Of a DNA stretch of 64,000 bases, positions 32,648-41,404 are shown piece after piece; position 1 is the stretch's first letter, and each line of letters begins with the position of its first letter. Source of the DNA: Oscillospiraceae bacterium (lineage in GTDB: Bacteria > Bacillota > Clostridia > Oscillospirales > UBA929). The notes below the pieces were generated by a model. The model was not told the DNA's origin and searched no databases. It worked only from the letters and a program-made list of their open reading frames with translations. Position numbers and translations under genes: made by a program. The DNA lies in the NCBI GenBank assembly GCA_009782475.1, contig WRIZ01000007.1:2132-66131 (forward strand). The letters are read 5' to 3'.

Positions 32648-33093
32648 AACGGTTTCGGTTCACCCTGCAATCGGTGCTGAACGTCAAGCGGGCTCTTGAA
32701 AAACAGCAGATGGGCGAATTGAGCGTTGTCAACGCCCGTATCCGAACCATCGAGCAGAAACGGCAGGAATTGATCGGAATCGAGATGAGCCAGCATGAGG
32801 GATTCCGGCGGCAAATGACCGAAGGGATGACGTCGGCCGACTTGAAACTGTGGGGTGGAGCCAACCGCGCCGCCCGAGAGCGGGTCGAGTATCAGGACAA
32901 GGTGCTGGAACAGGCGGAAGGCGAACGGATGCGCATCGAGAAAAAGCTGATTGCCGCCATGCAGGAGAGAAAGATTTTGGAAAAACTGCGCGAAAAGCAA
33001 TGGGAACAGTACCGCGCCGAACAGCAGCGCGAAGCGGCCGCCGAGATGGCGGAGTTTATCGGCCACGAGGTTTTTGAAAATCAGGAGGGATAG
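32644..33093 (+). CDS. fliJ: Flagellar export chaperone FliJ
   Basis: FRFTLQSVL, ERKILEKLREK; follows fliI. Confidence 0.93.
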   Translation: MKRFRFTLQSVLNVKRALEKQQMGELSVVNARIRTIEQKRQELIGIEMSQHEGFRRQMTEGMTSADLKLWGGANRAARERVEYQDKVLEQAEGERMRIEKKLIAAMQERKILEKLREKQWEQYRAEQQREAAAEMAEFIGHEVFENQEG

Positions 33094-33097
33094 GGAT

Positions 33098-33841
33098 ATG
33101 GCAGCAGCGGTTAAAGGGACGGACGCGCAAAAGGTGCCGTCGATCGAAGAGCTGGAAAAGGAACTGCTGGGACCTAAAGGTCCTCAGGAGGAAAAACAGA
33201 AAAAGGTCAAAGAAAAAAAGGAAGGCAAAGACGCCGGGAAATTCGGCGTGGCTTTTTTAGCGTCGCTCTTTTGGGTGACCCTCTTCGGTGCTTTCATCCT
33301 CCTCGTTTTGTTCGACCCGACCGAAGGCAATGCCATACGCGGCAAAGTGCTGTTGCTGCTCAACCCGGACGCGGAAACAAGGGAAGAATATTATGCCGCC
33401 GATTTATATGACATTCAGGAGGCGTGGAAGGATATTCATCAGGAAGAGGACAGATTGCTGCACGAATGGGACGATTTATATTTATTTGAAGAAGAACTGG
33501 ATGATTTGGAAAGCGAGTTGGAGAATAAACAGACCGAGCTTGACGATAAATTGGAAAGATTGGATGAGATTTTAGCGAAAAACGGCGGGAGCATGACGAT
33601 CACAGCAGACTTAACCAAGACGGCGAAAGACCTCGAAAACACAACTCCGGCCGCGGCCGCGCGGGCACTGGAGATGATGGAGATGGAGAACGTTGTGCGG
33701 TTATGCTCGATCATCGGTTCAAAGAAAATGGGGCTTATTTTATCCCAAATGGAACCGGAGTTTTTCGCCGATCTTCTTACAGAGCTAACTGCCTTGGATG
33801 ATGACGAGTGGGACGACTGGGACGACGACGAGGATTGGTGA
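33098..33841 (+). CDS. MotE/YlxF-like flagellar protein (TM, coiled coil, MgtE_N-like C-terminus)
   Basis: Position after fliJ; P.AAA..LE.M...ILSQMEPE pattern. Confidence 0.7.
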   Translation: MAAAVKGTDAQKVPSIEELEKELLGPKGPQEEKQKKVKEKKEGKDAGKFGVAFLASLFWVTLFGAFILLVLFDPTEGNAIRGKVLLLLNPDAETREEYYAADLYDIQEAWKDIHQEEDRLLHEWDDLYLFEEELDDLESELENKQTELDDKLERLDEILAKNGGSMTITADLTKTAKDLENTTPAAAARALEMMEMENVVRLCSIIGSKKMGLILSQMEPEFFADLLTELTALDDDEWDDWDDDEDW

Positions 33842-33842
33842 T

Positions 33843-35648
33843 ATGCACAAAGATTTTCTTAGGGCGGCGGCTGTAACGCCGCCTGTCACCCCGGCAAACC
33901 CGCGAAAAAACGCTGAGGAAGCTCTGCGCCTGATTGCACGGACAGACGGCGCGGGGCTGATCGTTTTGCCCGAGCTATCCGTCACAGGCTACACCTGCGG
34001 CGACTTGTTCCTCCACGCCGCGCTGCTGGACGCCGCCGAAGAAGCTCTAAGCTGGCTAATACAGAAAACAAAAGCCTCCGGCGCGTTGATCGCGGCCGGG
34101 CTGCCCGTCCGCCGGGGCGGGGTGCTTTATAATTGCGCCGCTGTTTTTCAAAACGGGCGGCTGTTGGGCGTTGTGCCGGGAAATCGGGTCGATCTCCGCA
34201 CTTTCCGTCCAGGCGCGGGATTATCCGGGTCGGTTTCTCTCTGCGGGGAGGACATCCCGTTCGGGGCAGACCTGCTTTTTGACGGGGGCGGGGACTTTTC
34301 CGTTTCCTTTGAAATCGGAAATGACGTATCGGGAGGCTCGGGCGCGGCTGTCATCGGGAACTTGGCGGCTTTGGAGGAAGACGCGGGGCAGCGCGGGGCT
34401 TGGAGCGATTTGCTGAGAGTCCAGTCGGCGCGTCTAGCCGCGGGCATTGTGTCGGCTTCGGCCGGTAACGGCGAATCGACGGGAGACGCCGTTTACTCGG
34501 GTGTGAGGATGATTGCCGAAAACGGAACCATCCTTGCTCAAAGCGGCATTGAGGAGAACGAGGGCGTCACGGCGATTGAGATCGACCTCGGTCTGCTCGC
34601 CTATGAGCGGCGTAAAACAGGATATTGCACATTTACCGAAACGCGTGGTATACCGATCAAATGCGGCGGAACAGCTGATAAACTAACGCGGGTTTATTCA
34701 CCTGAGCCCTTTATCCCTGAGGAAAACGACGCCCTCGCCGCTCGCTGTCATGACGTCATGTCGGTTCAAATACGCGGATTGCGCACGAGACTTTCCCGCT
34801 TGCCGGAAACCGGATTGGTGGTGGCTGTTTCCGGTGGTTTGGATTCCACCCTCGCTTTATTGGCGGCGCGTCAGGCGGCGAAGCAAGAGCAACGAACCCT
34901 GCTCGCCGTGACCATGCCCGGCCCCGGCACAACGGAGCGTACCCGCTCGAACGCCGAGGCTCTTTGCAACGCCTTGAACGTCCCCTTACAGACGGTTCCC
35001 ATCGGGGAGGCGATCACCACACATTTAACCGACATCGGGCATGACGGGCAGCCGGACGTGGTTTTTGAAAACGCGCAGTCACGGGAGCGCACACAGATCA
35101 TCATGGACATTGCCAATGCCCATAACAGCATTGTCGCCGGGTCGGGCGACCTCTCCGAAATAGCTTTGGGGTTCTGCACCTACGGCGGCGACCAAATGAG
35201 CATGTACAACGTCAACGCGGGCGTTCCCAAAACGCTGATGCGCCGCATCATCCGCTTTGTCGCCGGAAAATCCCCCAAGATTTTGCGCGCGGTGCTTTAT
35301 GACATTGTTGACACTCCTGTAAGCCCCGAATTGCTCCCGGTCGGCTCGGACGGAACACAGGATCAGCGGAGCGAAGACATTTTGGGTGATTATCTTGTCC
35401 ATGATTTTTATCTTTATTGGTTCATCCGTCACGGCTACCCGCGTGATAAACTGCTGATGGCGGCCAACAGAGCGTTTGAGGGGCGGTATACGCCCGAATC
35501 CCTTGCGTCGGTATTGGATGTTTTCGTGACCCGGTTTGCCCGCTCGCAATTCAAACGCAACGCCATGCCCGACGGCGCGCGCATCGGCAGCGTCTCACTC
35601 TCCCGCGGCGACTGGCGGATGCCGGCCGACTTGGAAGGGTTGCTGTAG
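33843..35648 (+). CDS. nadE: NAD+ synthetase, two-domain type, glutaminase domain apparently degenerate
   Basis: PELSVTGYTCGDLF; synthetase motifs SGGLDSTLALL, FENAQ.RERT, DLSE.ALG.CTY.GD, SPELLP, QFKR. Confidence 0.9.
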   Translation: MHKDFLRAAAVTPPVTPANPRKNAEEALRLIARTDGAGLIVLPELSVTGYTCGDLFLHAALLDAAEEALSWLIQKTKASGALIAAGLPVRRGGVLYNCAAVFQNGRLLGVVPGNRVDLRTFRPGAGLSGSVSLCGEDIPFGADLLFDGGGDFSVSFEIGNDVSGGSGAAVIGNLAALEEDAGQRGAWSDLLRVQSARLAAGIVSASAGNGESTGDAVYSGVRMIAENGTILAQSGIEENEGVTAIEIDLGLLAYERRKTGYCTFTETRGIPIKCGGTADKLTRVYSPEPFIPEENDALAARCHDVMSVQIRGLRTRLSRLPETGLVVAVSGGLDSTLALLAARQAAKQEQRTLLAVTMPGPGTTERTRSNAEALCNALNVPLQTVPIGEAITTHLTDIGHDGQPDVVFENAQSRERTQIIMDIANAHNSIVAGSGDLSEIALGFCTYGGDQMSMYNVNAGVPKTLMRRIIRFVAGKSPKILRAVLYDIVDTPVSPELLPVGSDGTQDQRSEDILGDYLVHDFYLYWFIRHGYPRDKLLMAANRAFEGRYTPESLASVLDVFVTRFARSQFKRNAMPDGARIGSVSLSRGDWRMPADLEGLL

Positions 35649-35667
35649 AAGTTACTTTATTTTCTTG

Positions 35668-35706
35668 TTGATTAACTTCTGTATATACTGTATAATAGTA
35701 TATACA
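35668..35706 (+). promoter_or_regulatory. mazEF promoter TTGATT-N17-TATAAT with operator palindrome
   Basis: TGTATATACT (35680-35689) and AGTATATACA (35697-35706) form a 10-bp inverted repeat around the -10 box. Confidence 0.75.
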
Positions 35707-35717
35707 GAAGGGAGGCG

Positions 35718-35969
35718 TTGGCTTTGACAGCAACGATCAAACGATGGGGTAATTCGGCCGCGGTTAGAATCCCGCGCCATGTTCTCACCCAAGCCAATCT
35801 TGAAGAAGGAACCGACGTCGAGATTGTGATAACCAAAGACGGCGAGATCATGCTGCGTGCGATCCGCAAACGAAAAAGCATACAAGAACTCTTTGAAGGT
35901 TATGACGAAGGCTTTTACAAAACAGAGGAAATGGACTGGGGCAAACCGCAGGGGCATGAAGTATGGTAA
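35718..35969 (+). CDS. mazE: AbrB/MazE family antitoxin
   Basis: IKRWGNSAAVRIP...EMDWGKPQGHEVW. Confidence 0.93.
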   Translation: MALTATIKRWGNSAAVRIPRHVLTQANLEEGTDVEIVITKDGEIMLRAIRKRKSIQELFEGYDEGFYKTEEMDWGKPQGHEVW

Positions 35970-36289
35970 AACAGGGAGATATTATAAAGCTCAATCTTTC
36001 GCCGACACTTGGTCATGAACAGAGCGGTTATCGGCCTGCCGTTGTCGTCTCCAGCAATTTTGCTATCTCAAAAACAAATGTGGTTTATGCCGCACCCATC
36101 ACAAACACGGTGCGGCATTTCCCTCTTCATGTCGCATTGGATGAACGGACGAAAACAACAGGCGAGATTCTCTGCGAACAAGTGAAGGCTGTTGATTTGA
36201 CCGCTCGGCAGCATACACTGATCGAACATCTGCCGGACGACATCCTCCAAAGGGTTTTGACTTGCATTATTGGTTGTTTCGACGCATAA
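35963..36289 (+). CDS. mazF: PemK/MazF endoribonuclease toxin
   Basis: QGDII.L.L.PT.GHEQSG.RPAVVVS, PIT, ILCEQVKAVD..AR. Confidence 0.95.
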   Translation: MVKQGDIIKLNLSPTLGHEQSGYRPAVVVSSNFAISKTNVVYAAPITNTVRHFPLHVALDERTKTTGEILCEQVKAVDLTARQHTLIEHLPDDILQRVLTCIIGCFDA

Positions 36290-36317
36290 CAGAGCTCATA
36301 GAAGGAGAATTAACCAT

Positions 36318-37172
36318 ATGAAAGCAACAGATTTATATCAAACATTGGCGAAAGATTTCGAGAAACCGGGGATCGTTGAAACATGGTATAACGAGGATTG
36401 GGAGAATAAAGAGCTTATTTGCGGTAATTTCAAAGAGCGCAGCATGGGGTTGCTGTGTGATTTCGCCGAAAATATACAGAGAGTATATACCGCTGTTTTC
36501 CCTTCCGATAAAGTCTTGGCAAAAGTAGTAGAAGACGGCGCAACCGACGCCATGCTCTTCCTGCATCATCCGCTGGCGTGGGATTCAAGCAGGGAGCCCG
36601 GCGTATTGAATGTTCAGATCAACTCCGGGCTGCTGGAGAAACTGAAAGCCAACCGCGTCTCGCTGTTCAATTACCATTTGCCGCTCGATCATATCGGCGA
36701 ATATTCGGTGAACAGAATGCTGGCCAACGAGCTTGGCATAACGATAGAAAAGCCATTCGGCGAGTTCGGCGGCGCGGTTTGCGGCATCCTCGGGACGATC
36801 GACTGCGACAACGTCCATGAATTGCAGCGCAGGTTTTCAAAGGTCATCGGGCATGAAGCCAAACTGTATCTTTACGGCGACGAAAAGATCAAAGACAACA
36901 GGGTGGGCATGTGCGGAGGATGCGGGAACGACCGGGGCATTGTGAACCAGTTTTTGGAAACCGGGATCAATACCTACATAACCGGGGTGTCCATCAACGG
37001 CCTGTATTGGGGCGACGTTCATGAACTGCAAAAGGCAAAGGGCGTAAACGTGCTGGGCGGGACGCATTATTCCACCGAGAAATTCGCCTGTATGGCCATG
37101 TGCGAGTATTTTCAAAAGCTGGGGCTGCCGTCCGATTATGTGGCGGATGTCCCGTGTTTGGGGGATTTGTAG
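36318..37172 (+). CDS. NIF3-like dinuclear metal-centre protein
   Basis: FLHHP, YHLPLD, TYITG, GTHYSTEK metal-ligand motifs. Confidence 0.82.
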   Translation: MKATDLYQTLAKDFEKPGIVETWYNEDWENKELICGNFKERSMGLLCDFAENIQRVYTAVFPSDKVLAKVVEDGATDAMLFLHHPLAWDSSREPGVLNVQINSGLLEKLKANRVSLFNYHLPLDHIGEYSVNRMLANELGITIEKPFGEFGGAVCGILGTIDCDNVHELQRRFSKVIGHEAKLYLYGDEKIKDNRVGMCGGCGNDRGIVNQFLETGINTYITGVSINGLYWGDVHELQKAKGVNVLGGTHYSTEKFACMAMCEYFQKLGLPSDYVADVPCLGDL

Positions 37173-37190
37173 AAAGGGGGTAATTCTTCT

Positions 37191-37667
37191 ATGAGGGTTC
37201 AGAAAATTTATCTCGAAACAACTGTTTTCAATTTCTGCTTTGCAGACGATGCACCCGACAAGAAGTTAGATACCCTGCGCCTGTTTGAAGAAATCGCTCA
37301 AGGAAAGTATGAACCGTATACATCCGCTGTTGTCATACGTGAAATTGAACAGGACGCCACATCCAAACGAGATAAAATGCTCGACCTAGTGGAGCATTTT
37401 AATATAGCCGTTTTACCGGCTGATGAAGAAACCCGGCGGCTTGCCGCCATTTATGTTGCGGAAAAAATCATTCCAGAGAAATACGCGGCCGACGCGCTCC
37501 ATATTGCGTCCACCACGATTAACGATTTGGACTTTATTGTCAGCTATAACTTCCAGCATATCGTAAAGATGAAAACGATAACAATGACTGAAAGCGTAAA
37601 CCTGCGGGAACGCTATCGCAGAATTGGTATTTACTCACCAACGGAGGTGATCGAGCATGACGAATGA
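37191..37667 (+). CDS. PIN-domain ribonuclease (putative toxin)
   Basis: IYLETTV, S.VV..EI, DALHIA, IVSYNFQHIV, IYSP.EV. Confidence 0.88.
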   Translation: MRVQKIYLETTVFNFCFADDAPDKKLDTLRLFEEIAQGKYEPYTSAVVIREIEQDATSKRDKMLDLVEHFNIAVLPADEETRRLAAIYVAEKIIPEKYAADALHIASTTINDLDFIVSYNFQHIVKMKTITMTESVNLRERYRRIGIYSPTEVIEHDE

Positions 37668-37842
37668 ACCAAAAGCAGTCAGAGAAGTGCATGAGATACG
37701 TCTAAAACTCCAAGAACAAACAAAAAACATGACAATTTTGGAAGAAATCGCATTCTATAACAATGCCGTAACAGAAAGCGAAAAACGACGGGGCAGGATG
37801 TTCAAACGCCCTGATAGCAAGCAAATACGCAAGGTAATATGA
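37657..37842 (+). CDS. Small protein overlapping the PIN gene (putative antitoxin)
   Basis: SD GGAGGTG inside the PIN 3' end; helical EPKAVREVHEIR motif; followed by a hairpin. Confidence 0.65.
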   Translation: MTNEPKAVREVHEIRLKLQEQTKNMTILEEIAFYNNAVTESEKRRGRMFKRPDSKQIRKVI

Positions 37843-37848
37843 ATAACT

Positions 37849-37886
37849 ACTGCCCGTTAGAATTGGATCATTTACTAACGGGCAGT
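37849..37886 (+). terminator. Hairpin, probable terminator
   Basis: 12-bp inverted repeat ACTGCCCGTTAG/CTAACGGGCAGT. Confidence 0.6.
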
Positions 37887-37927
37887 CTATATTTTTATCA
37901 TGTAAAATGGCACAAGGAGGATGGAAA

Positions 37928-38755
37928 ATGGACTGGACAAACCGGATCAACGCGGTGGTGGATTATGTCGAGGCGAATCTGCGCGGGGAGATCGACCCCG
38001 GGGAGATCAGCCGTATCATGGCTTGCCCGTACAACGTGTTTCAGCGTTCGTTCGTACAGATCACAGGCATCACGCTGGGCGAATATGTGCGGCGCAGAAA
38101 GCTCACTTGCGCCGCTGTCGATGTCAAGAACACCGAAGACAAGCTCATAGACATCGCCATGAAATACGGCTATGAGTCGTCGGACGCGTTCACGGTTGCC
38201 TTTAAGCGGCTGCACGACGCCGCCCCGGCGGCGGTCAGGAAAGGCACGGCCGAGCTGAAATTCCATGCCCGTCTTCACTTTACGTTAACGGTCAAAGGAG
38301 TGTCGGAAATGAACTACCATGTGGTGGAAAGAGAACCCTTCACGGTCATCGGGCGGCGGAGAACGACGCCGGACGGCGGCGGTACATGGGGCGTTGCCCG
38401 CGAAGACGGCAGCATTGAGCAAATGACGAAGATGGAAACAGGCAATCCCTTCCTAGGCCTTTGTTTCGGGTTCGGTGAGGACGGCAGCAACGACTATATG
38501 GTCGGCATTGAGTACGGCGGGGATGCGGTTGAAGGGCTGGAAAGCTACACCTATCCCGCGTCGAAATGGCTGGTCTTTGCCGATGAGGGGGCATTGGATC
38601 AAAATGTACTCGGCAGGACATGGGACAGAATTTACGGGGAATTTCTGCCGCAAAGCGAATACAAGCAGGCCGACCTGCCGACCATCGAAAGTTATCTTGT
38701 TTGGGATAACGAAAAGAAGTTCTGTAAAATAGAAGTCAGGATCCCGGTGGAATAA
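37928..38755 (+). CDS. AraC-family regulator with GyrI-like effector domain
   Basis: EYVRRRKLT.AA, DIA.KYGYESSDAF..AFKRLH; RIYGEFLPQSEY. Confidence 0.93.
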   Translation: MDWTNRINAVVDYVEANLRGEIDPGEISRIMACPYNVFQRSFVQITGITLGEYVRRRKLTCAAVDVKNTEDKLIDIAMKYGYESSDAFTVAFKRLHDAAPAAVRKGTAELKFHARLHFTLTVKGVSEMNYHVVEREPFTVIGRRRTTPDGGGTWGVAREDGSIEQMTKMETGNPFLGLCFGFGEDGSNDYMVGIEYGGDAVEGLESYTYPASKWLVFADEGALDQNVLGRTWDRIYGEFLPQSEYKQADLPTIESYLVWDNEKKFCKIEVRIPVE

Positions 38756-39325
38756 TCACGTAAACAACTCCGGGAACTGTTGACGCAGCCCGGCGGAGAA
38801 AAAGTCGGCCATCATCATGGCTTCCTGCTCCACCATATCGAATGCCTTTATATCAGCCGGATAGTCGCCCGCAAGCCGCAGGGCGGCTTCCTGTTTTGTC
38901 AGGTCAAGATGTTTATACAGCATGGCGCGCAAGGCTTCATAATCGTAATGCGGATTGATGCCGCTGAACGCTTTGGCCATCTCGTCGGCGTTTTTGTACC
39001 ACTCGGTGTTTTTCGCCTCAGCTTGCGCCGTTTGCCCGTCCCGCAGGGCTGTCACCAGCTCGGCGGCGATTTGGAGATGCTCGGTCAGCAATTTGACGAT
39101 GACCGCGACGGTTTCCGGCGGGTAGTAATCGGCGAAAACCTTCCCGATGTCGGCGGGGTTTTGCATCAGCCGCGCTTGCGTGGCGGCCAGATCGCTCCGC
39201 TTTTCGATCAAACTGAGCAAAAACATCCGCGTCCAGTAGACATGCTGGCTCCACGCGAGGCGCATCTTGTCGTTGAGAATGACCTGCTTTTCAATGAAAT
39301 ACGGCTGTGCCTGAGGATAAAACAT
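38756..39325 (-). CDS. Conserved helical protein of spore-formers (W.QH..WTR family)
   Basis: MRLAWSQHVYWTR, LLTEHL, WYKNAD, HLDLT; CATA-type promoter upstream. Confidence 0.7.
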   Translation of the reverse strand: MFYPQAQPYFIEKQVILNDKMRLAWSQHVYWTRMFLLSLIEKRSDLAATQARLMQNPADIGKVFADYYPPETVAVIVKLLTEHLQIAAELVTALRDGQTAQAEAKNTEWYKNADEMAKAFSGINPHYDYEALRAMLYKHLDLTKQEAALRLAGDYPADIKAFDMVEQEAMMMADFFSAGLRQQFPELFT

Positions 39326-39372
39326 GAGGAACCGCTCCTTTATCGTTTTGCCCTCAGCCTATGCCGCCGCTT

Positions 39373-40785
39373 TCAGGATGGTTCAATTTCTCTAAGGCGT
39401 TCCAGCGGCTTCTGCGCGGGGCCGCTGATCACGCTGCCTTCGGCGTCGAACCGTGAGCCGTGGCAGGAACAATCCCATGTCTCTTCCTCCCCGTTCCATT
39501 CAACGGCGCAGCCCATGTGTGTGCAGACCGGTTTGACCGGCGGGAGCATATGGGATAAAAACCCCCCGGCGATGCCGGCCGCGTTCTTGAAAAAACTCCC
39601 GGCTTGGAGGCCAATGTCGCCGCGGCCGAGGGAAAAGGCGTCTTCCGCCGCACTGCGCCCTGTTGTGATCAAATCGGCGATGATCTCCGCCGCCGCCATG
39701 CTGGCTGTCATGCCCCATTTGTTGAAACCTGTTGCGATATAGATGTTCTCCCCCGCGCTGTTATAACGGCCGATATACGGAATCCGGTCGTGGGTCATGC
39801 AGTCCTGCGCCGACCACATATATTGCACATTTGCCGTTGGATAAAGGCGGCGCGCCTCTTTCTCCAAGCCTTGATAATGATCTTCCTTCCTGTCCTGCCC
39901 TGTTTTATGGTCATAGCCGCCAAACAGAATCATTCCGTCCCATCCGCGGAAGGTCAATCCCCCGTCTTCGCAATCGACATACATATCCTTGAGCGTCCCC
40001 GCGCCTTGAAGCAGGGACAGATAGGAACGGCTTTGATAGATTTGGGTGAATAGAAGAGAATGTTTGTCGATAAACGGGTAATGCGAGGCGGATATGATGT
40101 GTTTGCAGCGGATGTTCCCCTTTTCGGTGTACACAATCCCCGCTTTTGCCGCCGTTGCTTTGGTATGTGTGTAAATTTTACAACCCGCGCCGGTCAGAAT
40201 CTCACTGATATGCAGCGCAAATTTAAGGGGATGGAAAGAGGCTTGATGCGGAAAGCGCACCGCCCCCAAAATGTCAAACGGCAGCTCGGTCTTTCGGTCA
40301 AATGCCGCGTCCATACCGAGTTTTTGAACGGCAGATACTTCCTCCTCCATAGAGGGCAGGTTTTGCTCATCCGTCGTGTATACCCATGAATTGCAAGGGG
40401 TAAAGCCGCAATCGATCCGCTCGCGCCGGATGATCTCCCCGAAATGCTGAATGGCGTTTTGGTTCGCGGCCAAAACCTTTTGCGCGCCCTCCAACCCCAA
40501 TCCTTTGAGCAGCTTGTGGTACAGGAGGCCGTGCTGTGACGTGATCTTCGCGGTCGTTCCGGCGGTCACGCCGCCGCACAACTCCCCGGCGTCGATCAGG
40601 ATGATGTTCTCAACGCCTTTGCGGTAGAGAAAGTACGCGCACAAAAGACCGCACATCCCCCCGCCGACGATGACCGCGTCGGCTTGCGTGTCGCCCCGCA
40701 AGGGGTTATGACGGGGCATCTCTTCCTGCTGCCAAACCGACTGACGAATTTTTTCCAAAACCAAAGGAAAGCCCTCCCTGTTCAT
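39373..40785 (-). CDS. YhfW-like FAD-dependent oxidoreductase with Rieske domain
   Basis: IVGGG..G, TTAKITSQHG, WSAQD, TGFNKWGMT; Rieske CTHMGC...WDCSCHGSRF. Confidence 0.92.
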   Translation of the reverse strand: MNREGFPLVLEKIRQSVWQQEEMPRHNPLRGDTQADAVIVGGGMCGLLCAYFLYRKGVENIILIDAGELCGGVTAGTTAKITSQHGLLYHKLLKGLGLEGAQKVLAANQNAIQHFGEIIRRERIDCGFTPCNSWVYTTDEQNLPSMEEEVSAVQKLGMDAAFDRKTELPFDILGAVRFPHQASFHPLKFALHISEILTGAGCKIYTHTKATAAKAGIVYTEKGNIRCKHIISASHYPFIDKHSLLFTQIYQSRSYLSLLQGAGTLKDMYVDCEDGGLTFRGWDGMILFGGYDHKTGQDRKEDHYQGLEKEARRLYPTANVQYMWSAQDCMTHDRIPYIGRYNSAGENIYIATGFNKWGMTASMAAAEIIADLITTGRSAAEDAFSLGRGDIGLQAGSFFKNAAGIAGGFLSHMLPPVKPVCTHMGCAVEWNGEEETWDCSCHGSRFDAEGSVISGPAQKPLERLREIEPS

Positions 40786-40860
40786 CCATTTCTTCTATAT
40801 CCTTTGCCGATGAACGCATTGTTATACCGCCGCATACACTGCCTAGGAGGGGATGAGGCT

Positions 40861-41403
40861 ATGGCGGGGGTACTGGAAGGCTTGGTTTTGGCGTTCGTTT
40901 GCTCGATCGACGCATTTGCGGCCGCTTTTGCTTACGGCGGCAAACGGATACGGATACCGCTGCTTTCCGCCGCGCTCATTACGGCGATCTGCACCGCCTT
41001 TTTAAGCGGAGCCCTCTTATTGGGCGTGTGGGCACGGCCGTTGTTGCCCGATTGGCTGATCATTTCCATCGGTTCCGGCATCTTATTCATTCTAGGCATA
41101 TGGAAACTCCTTGACAAGGGGCATATCAAAGACGGCGACAAAAACGGGGATATGATCATATCCCCGTTTGAAGCGGTTGCGTTATCATTGGCGGTGGGCA
41201 TAGACGGTCTTGCCGCCGGGGTGAGCGCTGGCGTCGGCAACGTGGATTTCACCGCCGCAACCGCCGGATCGGCTGTTTTGGGACTGGCGGCGATATTGGG
41301 AGGCAGCCGCCTGGGCAGGAAGGTATCCGGCGCGCTGCCGTTCAACCCGTCTTGGCTCGGCGGCGTGATTTTAATTGGTTTAGCGGTGTATAGAATCTTC
41401 TAG
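40861..41403 (+). CDS. ytaF: YtaF/MntP-family sporulation membrane protein
   Basis: SIDAFAA.FAYG..RIRIP, D.NGD..IS..EA..L.LA..IDG. Confidence 0.8.
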   Translation: MAGVLEGLVLAFVCSIDAFAAAFAYGGKRIRIPLLSAALITAICTAFLSGALLLGVWARPLLPDWLIISIGSGILFILGIWKLLDKGHIKDGDKNGDMIISPFEAVALSLAVGIDGLAAGVSAGVGNVDFTAATAGSAVLGLAAILGGSRLGRKVSGALPFNPSWLGGVILIGLAVYRIF

Positions 41404-41404
41404 G

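Noticed and set aside
38756-39325. 'Acetylglutamate kinase' label I recall being attached to this family
   Set aside because: No kinase motifs; the real argB is at 17644-18498.
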